This document shows positions 22,809 through 30,891 of a stretch of 36,510 bases of DNA, piece after piece. The notes beneath the pieces are model-generated. The model did no database searches. It saw only the letters and a list, made by a program, of their open reading frames with translations, and was not told the DNA's origin. The DNA is from an uncultured Bdellovibrionales bacterium. Lineage in GTDB: Bacteria; Patescibacteriota; Minisyncoccia; Moranbacterales; UBA1568. The first letter of the stretch is position 1. Each line of letters starts with the position of its first letter. Location of the stretch: positions 1 to 36,510 of the forward strand of contig CAYWLN010000003.1 in assembly GCA_964459475.1 (NCBI GenBank), read 5' to 3'. The translations under genes and the position numbers were made by a program.

Positions 22809-24929
22809 ATGGAAGGAAAGAAATGGTCCCTAGAGCTGGGGGGGCGAGAGCTCGTCATTGAGACGGGCGTGTTTGCCAAGCAGGCCAGTGGTGCCGTAAC
22901 GGCCCGTTATGGGGACACTGTCGTCCTCGCCACCGCCGTGATGAGCAAGGAAATGTCCAAGATAACGGGCTATTTCCCGCTCATGGTGGACTACGAAGAG
23001 CGCTATTATGCAGCCGGTAAGATCAAGGGTTCACGCTTTATTAAGCGGGAAGGTCGTCCATCGGATGATGCTGTTCTCTCTGGACGAGCCGTGGACCGGA
23101 CAGTGCGTCCACTCTTTGATAGTCGCATGCGGAACGAAGTCCAGGTAGTGGTGACTACGCTCTCTGTTGATGGAGAAAATGATGCAGATCTGGTAGCTAT
23201 GATTGGCGCCTCGGCGGCACTCTCGCTCTCAGATATTCCTTGGAATGGTCCGATTGGAGCGGTCCGAGTGGGACTCGCTACGGATGGGAGTTTTATCTTG
23301 AATCCAGTGAGTGCCGATCGTAAAGTCAGCACCCTTGACCTCCTCCTTTCTGGTACCAAGGACAAGATCAACATGATTGAAGCTGGTGCGCAGGAGATTA
23401 CGGAGGAGAAAATGGCCGAAGCCTTTCATTTTGGCTTTGAGGCAATCCAAAAGATTGCTACGTTTATTGATGATATCCGTAAAGAGGCTGGCAAAGAGAA
23501 GCGTGCAGCAGCGGTACTCCGTGGATCCGATGAGTTTGAGACTGATATCCGCCAGTTTGCCGAAAGGTCAGGCTTGGCCGAAGCTCTGTACCTCTTGCCA
23601 AAGCAGGCGATGGAAGCAAAAACAGCGGAAATCAATGCTACGATTGCCAAATATGCTGCAGAGAAGTATCCAGATCAGAAGAACCTCTCCGAGCTTCTCT
23701 CGCTTATTACCGATGAAGTGTCTGATGAAGCTGTGCATCACAATATTCTGGATAAGGAAGCTCGGCCAGATGGTCGCAAGCTGACTGAAATCCGTCCTAT
23801 CTGGTGCAAAGTCGGTGTCCTCCCTCGTACTCACGGGACGGGAGTCTTTACCCGGGGTGAAACGCAGGCCCTCACGGTGACTACACTCGGTGCCCCTGGG
23901 GACGAGATGGTCGTAGACACTATGTCGACCGACGAAAAGAAGCGTTACATGCATTTCTACAACTTCCCACCGTATTCTGTGGGTGAAGTAAAGCCGATGC
24001 GGGGCCCGGGTCGGCGCGAAGTCGGTCACGGAGCACTGGCTGAAAAGGCTCTCGTACCAGTCCTCCCAAGCAAAGAGGAGTTCCCCTATACCATCCTCCT
24101 CGTATCTGAGGTGCTCGAATCGAACGGTTCATCCTCGATGGCTTCAACCTGTGGCTCAACTCTGTCACTTATGGATGCTGGTGTGCCGATCAAGAAACCA
24201 GTCGCCGGTATCGCTATGGGAGTCATCACCGGGAAAGACGGTGCCTACAAGGTACTTTCTGACATCCAGGGTCTCGAAGATCACTACGGTGATATGGATT
24301 TCAAGGTGGCTGGTACCAAAGACGGTATCACAGCCATGCAGATGGATGTGAAGATCGATGGACTTACCCCGGATATGCTCGCGGTGGCTATCGCCCAGGC
24401 CAAAGAAGGCCGGATGTTCATCATGGGCAAGATGCTCGAAGTGATGCCAGAAGTCCGCAAGACTATGTCTCCGTACGCTCCACGCATTATTACCCTTCAT
24501 ATCAATCCTGAGAAAATCCGTGATGTCATCGGCCCTGGAGGCAAGATGATCAATCAGATTATTGATGAAACGGGTGTTTCTATTGATATCGAGGATGATG
24601 GCTCGGTCTTTATCACCTCGGTGGACGAAGTGAGCGCTCAGAAGGCGGTTGATTGGGTGCGAAATATCACTCGTGAGGTGGTTGCCGGAGAGCTGTTTCA
24701 GGGACGGGTCACGAGGCTTATGAACTTCGGTGCCTTTGTGGAGGTACTGCCGAACCAAGAGGGACTAGTCCATATTTCCGAGTTCTCTGACGAGCGAGTC
24801 GAGAATGTCGAAGATGTGGTGAAAGTGGGCGATGTCATCCCAGTCATTGTCAAAGAAATTGATTCACAAGGACGCATCAATCTTTCGCACAAGATGGCCA
24901 AGCGTCGGATGGAACTGGGTCAGGCCTAA
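22809..24929 (+). CDS. pnp: polyribonucleotide nucleotidyltransferase (PNPase)
   Basis: Two RNase PH domains, then KH (INPEKIRDVIGPGGKMI) and S1 (GRVTRLMNFGAFVEV). The start was moved from the GTG at 22752 to the ATG at 22809. Confidence 0.95.
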   Translation: MEGKKWSLELGGRELVIETGVFAKQASGAVTARYGDTVVLATAVMSKEMSKITGYFPLMVDYEERYYAAGKIKGSRFIKREGRPSDDAVLSGRAVDRTVRPLFDSRMRNEVQVVVTTLSVDGENDADLVAMIGASAALSLSDIPWNGPIGAVRVGLATDGSFILNPVSADRKVSTLDLLLSGTKDKINMIEAGAQEITEEKMAEAFHFGFEAIQKIATFIDDIRKEAGKEKRAAAVLRGSDEFETDIRQFAERSGLAEALYLLPKQAMEAKTAEINATIAKYAAEKYPDQKNLSELLSLITDEVSDEAVHHNILDKEARPDGRKLTEIRPIWCKVGVLPRTHGTGVFTRGETQALTVTTLGAPGDEMVVDTMSTDEKKRYMHFYNFPPYSVGEVKPMRGPGRREVGHGALAEKALVPVLPSKEEFPYTILLVSEVLESNGSSSMASTCGSTLSLMDAGVPIKKPVAGIAMGVITGKDGAYKVLSDIQGLEDHYGDMDFKVAGTKDGITAMQMDVKIDGLTPDMLAVAIAQAKEGRMFIMGKMLEVMPEVRKTMSPYAPRIITLHINPEKIRDVIGPGGKMINQIIDETGVSIDIEDDGSVFITSVDEVSAQKAVDWVRNITREVVAGELFQGRVTRLMNFGAFVEVLPNQEGLVHISEFSDERVENVEDVVKVGDVIPVIVKEIDSQGRINLSHKMAKRRMELGQA

Positions 24930-24964
24930 CACCTACCGAAAAGTTTCAATCTCTTGTATACTAG

Positions 24965-24998
24965 GAGGAGCCACGGTGCTCCTCTTTGTATTTTGTTT
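24965..24998 (+). terminator. pnp terminator
   Basis: GAGGAGC-cacggt-GCTCCTC followed by TTTGTATTTTGTTT. Confidence 0.65.
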
Positions 24999-25000
24999 CT

Positions 25001-25969
25001 ATGTCTTTATTTTCTTCTTCATCTCCCAAGGCACAGCCTCAAGAGACTATCCCTCTTGAAATTCGACAAGCAGTGATGGTTATGGGCGAATCAGTGAGTG
25101 CGCCTGCAGCCACTGCGAAGCCCGTAGGAAATAGCCCATTTCTTGATGGAGGGGCATCTACTCACCCCACACCACCAGTAGCAGCACCGACACTCGAGCC
25201 TCTTTTTCAAGAAGGAGCCCCTAAACCACCAACAAATAAGAAGCTTTTTCTCTGGGGAGGTTTGGGCATAGCAGTATTGATCGTGCTCGCTGGCATTGTC
25301 TGGTACGTCATGAGGCCTGTGGCGGAGGAAGTAGCTCCAGTGGAAGACGTTGTAGCGCTACCACAAACGACAATACAAGTGACGACCTCTGAGCCGGAAC
25401 CGGTTCCAGTGCTGCCATTTTCGCTGACGGGACCAAATTATCTCTCGATAGATACAGAAGCAGTTACCCCGGCTTCTTTCCAGACTCTTTTGGCTGAAAA
25501 GAAGCAAATTCTTCTCAATGCAGGCATCATTCAACCGGTAGAATTTCTTCTAACAGACAAGAATAACAACCCCGTGGCTTTCAGTCGGGTGGCTTACCTT
25601 ATGAATATCGAGCTCAGCCCTGCCTTTCTTGCGACTATCGCCGAGTCATTCTCGCTTTTTCTCTATAACGACCAGGGGAGAGTGATGTCTGGATTGGCCC
25701 TTACTTTTGGGACTGTCGAAGGGCCGACGCTTTTTGCCAAAGAGAAAGAGGGATTGTTCCCGTATGCGTTCCGTTCTTTTCTCTACGAGGGGATGGCAGT
25801 GCCCCGAGATGTCGTATTTCGTTCTGGTGTTTACAAGGAGCAACCAGTACGTTACGTCAATATTGATGATACGACACAGACCTCATTTGACTATGCCCTC
25901 CGCGGGACCACTTGGATGATTGGCACTACGAAGGAGACATTGCGGGCGATTCTCGATGCCAAGTTATAA
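25001..25969 (+). CDS. single-pass membrane protein, hypothetical
   Basis: The ATG at 25001 is preferred to the TTG at 24986, which lies inside the pnp terminator. The protein has a Pro-rich N-terminal region and one transmembrane segment (LFLWGGLGIAVLIVLAGIVWYVM). No family was recognised. Confidence 0.55.
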   Translation: MSLFSSSSPKAQPQETIPLEIRQAVMVMGESVSAPAATAKPVGNSPFLDGGASTHPTPPVAAPTLEPLFQEGAPKPPTNKKLFLWGGLGIAVLIVLAGIVWYVMRPVAEEVAPVEDVVALPQTTIQVTTSEPEPVPVLPFSLTGPNYLSIDTEAVTPASFQTLLAEKKQILLNAGIIQPVEFLLTDKNNNPVAFSRVAYLMNIELSPAFLATIAESFSLFLYNDQGRVMSGLALTFGTVEGPTLFAKEKEGLFPYAFRSFLYEGMAVPRDVVFRSGVYKEQPVRYVNIDDTTQTSFDYALRGTTWMIGTTKETLRAILDAKL

Positions 25970-26006
25970 TTTTGGCTTCATAAAAGCATTACTACCGTAT
26001 CAAAAA

Positions 26007-26029
26007 GAAGTCACAGACTTCTTTTTTTG
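26007..26029 (+). terminator. rho-independent terminator
   Basis: GAAGTC-aca-GACTTC followed by TTTTTTT. Confidence 0.75.
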
Positions 26030-26111
26030 TGGTCACGAGCGTGTGAAACAAACAAGCTGATGTGAAGTGCTCTGTTTGTGTTTGATTCAAGCGATTATTA
26101 CCAGTCACTGA

Positions 26112-26140
26112 TTGACTCGAGGGTAATTTTCTGCTATAAT
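26112..26140 (+). promoter_or_regulatory. near-consensus promoter TTGACT-N17-TATAAT
   Basis: -35 at 26112-26117, a 17-nt spacer, and -10 at 26135-26140. No ORF follows for about 620 nt. Confidence 0.65.
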
Positions 26141-26146
26141 TGACTT

Positions 26147-26733
26147 GTGATGTTGAAATTTCTTTGACAACTTGCTCTCTTCAACCGTACCGAACGGTGA
26201 AAGAACTCCCATCGCAATGCCCCCTCATTGTGACGGGGATTCTTTCACTGTTCAAGAGTCATAGCAATGTACTATGACCGCTCCGTCCTAACACGGAGAC
26301 TCAAACAAAAACAAAAAACTCCTGAAATATAATACATGCAGGAGAAAAACAAAAAGAAACAAAAAAACAGTTCTTTCAAATAGAGAGGCGTTGGCTACAC
26401 AGAGGCTGGAAAGCGTTCTTGCTCCTGTGTAGTCAATGACCTCACCCAAAAAAGGCTTCGCGCCAGAGAACGGTGAAGGGAGAAGTGACGAAAAAGTTAG
26501 GATCGTCGCGAAACTGCAAGTGCACAAAATACAGATCTCAATTGGATTATAGATGCTTCCTCACCCGTAGCTATATAACCTAGACATCTGTTGGCACATG
26601 CAACGTTCGGGCGTACAGCCAAATAATTTATTATCGGGCGATAGTACGCCCGGACACCAACATGTTTCTTAGACGGTGACCGGGTTAGAAGTAGCGTAGA
26701 ATAGAAACAGAACTCCCCACAGGGTGTTTTTTT
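26147..26733 (+). ncRNA. candidate large structured non-coding RNA (family not identified)
   Basis: Bounded by the promoter above and a terminator (AAC-t-CCC-caca-GGG-t-GTT plus TTTTT at 26711-26733). The track shows no plus-strand ORF of 60 aa or more. At least nine local Watson-Crick helices of 5-9 bp are present, including GTGAAAGAA/TTCTTTCAC (26197-26205 with 26240-26248), CTACACAG/CTGTGTAG (26395-26402 with 26425-26432) and GGGCGTAC/GTACGCCC (26609-26616 with 26644-26651). A-rich linkers lie at 26301-26318 and 26345-26368. Confidence 0.45.
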
Positions 26734-26769
26734 GTTGCCCAATTCCTCATTTCGGCGTAGGGTAGTGGT

Positions 26770-27159
26770 ATGAAACGGTTTCAACTCGCCTCTCCACTCG
26801 GCGCTCTCGGTGAGGAGCTGGCCTCCCGTTACCTCAAGGACAAGGGGTACCGGATTCTTGCGACCAATTATTGTAATGTAAAGGGGAAACGATTGGGGGA
26901 GATAGATATCGTAGCCGAGTATCAGGGGGAACTGGTGTTTGTAGAAGTGAAGAGTCGGCTCAGAGGCGCAGAAGGCTCTGCTCTCCCGGAGGCGGGTATT
27001 ACCAGAGACAAGCTGCGCAAATTGGCCCGTATTGCCGAGTGTTACCTCCGAGAGACGAAGCGTGAGAATACGCAGTATCATTTCGATGGGATAGCCATCC
27101 TTTATGACCCAATTCAGAAAAAGGCTCAGATACGCCACCTGGAGCACATATTTTTCTAG
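26770..27159 (+). CDS. yraN: YraN-family (UPF0102) endonuclease-like protein
   Basis: 129 aa containing GEELA..YL...GY.IL..N.....GEIDIVA.....LVFVEVK.R. Confidence 0.85.
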   Translation: MKRFQLASPLGALGEELASRYLKDKGYRILATNYCNVKGKRLGEIDIVAEYQGELVFVEVKSRLRGAEGSALPEAGITRDKLRKLARIAECYLRETKRENTQYHFDGIAILYDPIQKKAQIRHLEHIFF

Positions 27160-27194
27160 ACAACCTACCCAAAATTTGATATACTTTGAGTAAC
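27157..27194 (+). promoter_or_regulatory. promoter TAGACA-N17-(TGa)TATACT with conserved TTGAGTAAC downstream
   Basis: -35-like element at 27157-27162 and extended -10 at 27177-27185. The 18-mer at 27177-27194 matches 8584-8601 at 17 of 18 positions. Confidence 0.45.
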
Positions 27195-27222
27195 AGTAGC
27201 TATAACCCTTCTTCTCAATTGT

Positions 27223-27567
27223 ATGGCCCTCGATCAAGCACTCCTCGCTACCCTGAAAGAAAAGCTCCTCGCGGAAAAAACTCGTCTTGAGAGTGAGCTC
27301 GGACGTTTTGCCAGCTCAACAGGCACTGAGGGTAGCTACGAGACTCGGATGGGAGATATGGGTACCGATGAAGATGAAAATGCTTCGGAAGTAGAGGAGT
27401 ATGTCGACAATCTCGGCCTGGAGCAGAACCTCGAGGCTCAGCTCAAGGAGGTGCATGATGCCTTGGCAAAGATGGATGCTGGTACCTACGGTGTCTGTGA
27501 GGAAACAGGTAAGGAGATTGATAGTGATCGGTTGATGGCATATCCGGCCGCTCGGACGGCACTCTAA
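27223..27567 (+). CDS. DksA/TraR-family protein lacking a complete C4 zinc finger
   Basis: Coiled-coil N-terminus and the C-terminal segment DAGTYGVCEETGKEIDSDRLMAYPAART. Only one Cys is present where C-x2-C...C-x2-C is expected. Confidence 0.65.
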   Translation: MALDQALLATLKEKLLAEKTRLESELGRFASSTGTEGSYETRMGDMGTDEDENASEVEEYVDNLGLEQNLEAQLKEVHDALAKMDAGTYGVCEETGKEIDSDRLMAYPAARTAL

Positions 27568-27576
27568 TTGAATACT

Positions 27577-27975
27577 ATGAGGCTACGGAACGTGCTCTTT
27601 GGCACTCTCTCCCTAGCCTTTTTTGTTTGTCTTTTGTTCGGTGTGGCCCTCGTGGTGCGTGTCTCTGGGCTAGAAGGGGTATGTAATAGCGCTGGTGCGT
27701 GGGGAATGTCTATGCCAGATGGAGTCAGCGTCTTAGCGCTCTTGTTGGTGGGGATACTCTTTTTTCGTGAGTGGCGACAAGACCAAATCAAATCAACGCT
27801 TCTTCCGTGGCTCCTTCTCATGGCGGCCGGCGGGAGCAATCTCCTCGAGCGACTCTATTTCGGGTGTGTTATGGATTATGTGAGATGGTTCGCGTTACCT
27901 ACGTTTAACCTGGCCGATGTCGTCTTGACCGTAAGTGTGGTATTTTTAGTAGTGAAGGGATATAAGCATGATTGA
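27577..27975 (+). CDS. lspA: lipoprotein signal peptidase (signal peptidase II)
   Basis: Motifs NSAGAWG, GGSNLLERLYFGCVMDYV and FNLADV. The ATG at 27577 is preferred to the TTG at 27568. Confidence 0.75.
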   Translation: MRLRNVLFGTLSLAFFVCLLFGVALVVRVSGLEGVCNSAGAWGMSMPDGVSVLALLLVGILFFREWRQDQIKSTLLPWLLLMAAGGSNLLERLYFGCVMDYVRWFALPTFNLADVVLTVSVVFLVVKGYKHD

Positions 27976-27987
27976 TACCCATATCCT

Positions 27988-29508
27988 ATGTCTGCCAAAG
28001 TGTTTGCGGCCGCCACGATTGGGCTTGAGAGTGTGTTAGTTGAGGTGGAAGTAGACGTTTTGCCCCAGGGGCTTCATACTTTTACGCTCGTTGGATTGCC
28101 CGATACAGCCATCAAGGAGTCACGAGACCGGGTCAGTGCTGCGCTCAAAAACAGTGGATTCAAGCCGGCGCATCAAAGTGGCCGGATTACGGTGAATTTG
28201 GCCCCGGCTGATCTCCCCAAGAATACGCCTATCTACGACGTGCCGATGGCCCTCGGGCTTCTCTTGGCCACCAAGCAGATAGTTTTTGATCACACAGGCA
28301 AACTCTTTATCGGCGAGTTGGCTCTCGATGGTCTCGTGCGACGGGTACAAGGAGTCCTCCCTATTGCGCTCTTTGCGCGGGAGGCTGGATTTACAGAACT
28401 CTATATCCCGGCTGAGAATGCTCCTGAGGCAGCGCTCGTTTCGGGACTCACCGTCATCCCGGTTGAAACACTTTTTGGACTCGTGGCACATCTGCGTGGT
28501 GAGGCACTCATCACGCCCTTTCCGACTGGTGTCCCGAAGCTCGTGGAAGAGGATGAAGAAGCTGATATGGCGCATGTCCGAGGTCAGGAACATGCCAAGC
28601 GGGCTCTTGAAATTGCCGCTGCGGGTGGCCACAATGTCCTTTTTGTCGGGCCGCCCGGAAGTGGCAAGACCCTTCTCGCCAAGACTCTCCCCACGATACT
28701 GCCTCGCCTGGACTTTGATGAGAGTCTGGAAGTAACCAAAATATTTTCGGTGGCGGGCGTTCTCCCTCGAGGGGATGCTCTCGTGACCAAGCGGCCGTTT
28801 CGGTCGCCCCATCATACTGCGAGTGCTGTCTCACTCGTTGGTGGTGGGACTAATCCGCGACCTGGGGAGATTAGTCTGGCTCATCGAGGAGTTCTCTTTC
28901 TCGATGAATTTGCCGAGTTCTCACGGGCAGTGCTCGAAAATCTCCGTCAGCCCCTTGAAGACGGTGAGGTGACTGTATCGCGGGCCAAGGGGTCGCTCCG
29001 TTTCCCGGCCCGGTTTATGCTCATCGCGGCCATGAATCCCTGTCCTTGTGGCTACGCGGGTGATCCGGAGCGGGTCTGCGCCTGTCTCCCTTCCCAAGCA
29101 GAGCGGTACAAGATGAAAATCTCAGGGCCAATTATGGACCGGATCGATCTCCATGTGGAAGTACCCCGAGTCAAGATAGAGAAGCTCGATGGTGATGGTC
29201 CAGCCGGCGAACGAAGTAAAGATATCCGGGAGCGGGTCGAACGAGCTCGGGCCAAGCAACGAGACCGTTTTCTTGGCAAGAAGTTTCGGACAAATGCAGA
29301 GATGACCAGTCAAACCGTGAAAGAAGTGTGCGTCCTCGATGAAGCCTCACGGACGGCGCTTCACGAAGCAGTCAGCCGAATGAAACTTTCGGCTCGAGGG
29401 TACATGCGGGTGCTCAAAGTAGCTCGCACTATCGCTGATCTGGCCGAGTCAGAAGAAGTGACCCTGAGTCATATCGCGGAGGCCCTCCAGTATCGATTTA
29501 AAGATTAG
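27988..29508 (+). CDS. comM: YifB/ComM-family Mg-chelatase-like AAA+ ATPase
   Basis: N-terminal Lon-protease-like domain, Walker A GPPGSGKT, Walker B VLFLDEF, and a C-terminal ChlI-like region. The length is 506 aa. Confidence 0.92.
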   Translation: MSAKVFAAATIGLESVLVEVEVDVLPQGLHTFTLVGLPDTAIKESRDRVSAALKNSGFKPAHQSGRITVNLAPADLPKNTPIYDVPMALGLLLATKQIVFDHTGKLFIGELALDGLVRRVQGVLPIALFAREAGFTELYIPAENAPEAALVSGLTVIPVETLFGLVAHLRGEALITPFPTGVPKLVEEDEEADMAHVRGQEHAKRALEIAAAGGHNVLFVGPPGSGKTLLAKTLPTILPRLDFDESLEVTKIFSVAGVLPRGDALVTKRPFRSPHHTASAVSLVGGGTNPRPGEISLAHRGVLFLDEFAEFSRAVLENLRQPLEDGEVTVSRAKGSLRFPARFMLIAAMNPCPCGYAGDPERVCACLPSQAERYKMKISGPIMDRIDLHVEVPRVKIEKLDGDGPAGERSKDIRERVERARAKQRDRFLGKKFRTNAEMTSQTVKEVCVLDEASRTALHEAVSRMKLSARGYMRVLKVARTIADLAESEEVTLSHIAEALQYRFKD

Positions 29509-29529
29509 TAAGGAGAGAAAGAGAGCATC

Positions 29530-30498
29530 ATGAAGTATGGAGCAAGAATGAAAAATCAGACGAGTCGGAAGCGGGCGATAGGATTGCTTTGTTTGTTCTT
29601 TCTTTTTGTGACAGGGTACTTGGTAGTTCGGCCCGAGGAAGACCAGTTTGCCGGTGTTTCGAAAGACATTGTTCTCATAGATAACGGACTCGAGTTTTGG
29701 TTTGAGGGCGTGGCAGAGGAGACTGTCGGGGAATTCTTGCGTAACCACAATCTTGCCTTGAGAGAGAAAGAAACCGTTTTTCCAGCTCCAGAGACACGCC
29801 TGACCCCAGGCATGTATATCAGTGTCACGCGGACGCATATGCTCTCGGTACGGGTGGATGGGAAAGAAACAACCTATCCTGTTTTGGCTACGACCGTCGG
29901 GGCAGCGCTCACGGAGGTGGGCGTAGCCCTTGATGAGGACGATATCGTCCAGCCCGTTCGCGAGGCGTTTGCTGGGCGAGGTACGAGTATCGTGGTGACA
30001 CGCGTCGAAATTCGTGAAGAAGCCATCGACAAGACACTGCCCTTTGAGAAAAAGACGAATGAAGATGATACGCTATCATGGCGGAAAACTGTGGTAACCC
30101 AGAAAGGTGAAAAGGGGATAGACCGTCTGGTTTATCGGGTGAGTAGTCATGATGGTAAGGAAGTGAACCGTAAACTAATCCGGACGGATCGTATCAAAGA
30201 TCCGATACCGGAAATAGTGACTCAGGGGACATACGTCAAACTCGGGAAGAGTCACAGTGGCGGAGCGTCGTGGTACGCTTGGACCGGGACGATGGCTGCT
30301 GCCAACCCCTGGCTTCCCAAGGGAAGTTATGTTAAGGTAACCAACACGGAAAATGGGAAGAGCGTCATTGTAGTCATCAATGATCGGGGACCCTTTGTGC
30401 CCGGGCGAATCATCGATCTCGACAAGGTGGCTTTCGCCAAGATTGCCTCGATTGGTGCTGGCGTTATCAATGTGAAAATGGAAGAAATCGTCAACTAG
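29530..30498 (+). CDS. membrane-anchored YabE/RpfB-like protein (DUF348-like repeats, G5 domain, C-terminal RlpA-like double-psi beta-barrel)
   Basis: N-terminal transmembrane segment. A G5-like region (FEKKTNEDDTLSWRKTVVTQKGEKGIDRLVYRV) is followed by the C-terminal GGASWYAW...VKVTNTENGKSVIVVINDRGPFVPGRIIDLD. Confidence 0.75.
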   Translation: MKYGARMKNQTSRKRAIGLLCLFFLFVTGYLVVRPEEDQFAGVSKDIVLIDNGLEFWFEGVAEETVGEFLRNHNLALREKETVFPAPETRLTPGMYISVTRTHMLSVRVDGKETTYPVLATTVGAALTEVGVALDEDDIVQPVREAFAGRGTSIVVTRVEIREEAIDKTLPFEKKTNEDDTLSWRKTVVTQKGEKGIDRLVYRVSSHDGKEVNRKLIRTDRIKDPIPEIVTQGTYVKLGKSHSGGASWYAWTGTMAAANPWLPKGSYVKVTNTENGKSVIVVINDRGPFVPGRIIDLDKVAFAKIASIGAGVINVKMEEIVN

Positions 30499-30534
30499 CT
30501 TATAGCTTTTAGGAGATAGCTTATAGAAATTCTT

Positions 30535-30891
30535 ATGAAAATTTCCTCCTACAGGGATCTCGTTGTCTGGCAAAAGTCAATGGATTTGGTAGTTTCCGTG
30601 TATCAACTTACGGAAGTGTTTCCGAAAGAGGACGTATTTGGACTTACGTCACAAATGCGAAGGGCTGCTGTTTCCCTCCCATCGAATATTGCTGAAGGGC
30701 GGTACCGTGGAACACGAAAGGATTTTGCGCATTTTCTAAGAATCGCGTTTGCTTCTGGGGCAGAGCTAGAAACACAACTAGAAATTTCACGTAGACTTTC
30801 AAGAATACCATTGATTGAGTACGAACGAATGAGTAATCAACTCGGCGAAGTTATGAAAATGCTGAATGTAATGATAAGTAAACTCTCATGA
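30535..30891 (+). CDS. four-helix-bundle protein (23S rRNA intervening-sequence protein / Avd-like family)
   Basis: 118 aa. SYRDLVVWQKSMDLVVSVYQLT..FPKE..FGLTSQMRRAAVS.PSNIAEG is characteristic of the family. Its stop overlaps the rsmA ATG (ATGA). Confidence 0.88.
   Translation: MKISSYRDLVVWQKSMDLVVSVYQLTEVFPKEDVFGLTSQMRRAAVSLPSNIAEGRYRGTRKDFAHFLRIAFASGAELETQLEISRRLSRIPLIEYERMSNQLGEVMKMLNVMISKLS

Noticed and set aside
26147-26733. Identification of the structured region as RNase P RNA, tmRNA or SRP RNA
   Set aside because: No GGAAAGUCCGG-type CR-I/P4 sequence is present. There is no tRNA-like GGUUCGA...CCA 3' end, no GGGG 5' end and no tag reading frame. No GGAA-tetraloop or AGCAGC domain IV motif appears on either strand. 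The two GAACTCCC segments are direct repeats and would not pair as P4.
26497-27237. 246-aa minus-strand ORF, and the 79-aa ORF at 26288-26527
   Set aside because: It overlaps yraN in antisense and runs through the helix-rich, promoter- and terminator-bounded region. The sequence has no protein-like motifs. The non-coding interpretation is preferred.
30703-30713. Additional parS site (CGTGGAACAC) inside the four-helix-bundle gene
   Set aside because: Only a half-site (GTGGAACA) is present. The left half does not match, so this is most likely chance.
30535-30891. Diversity-generating retroelement, because the four-helix-bundle protein is Avd-like
   Set aside because: The window contains no reverse transcriptase gene and no template/variable repeat pair. 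The gene alone is insufficient evidence.
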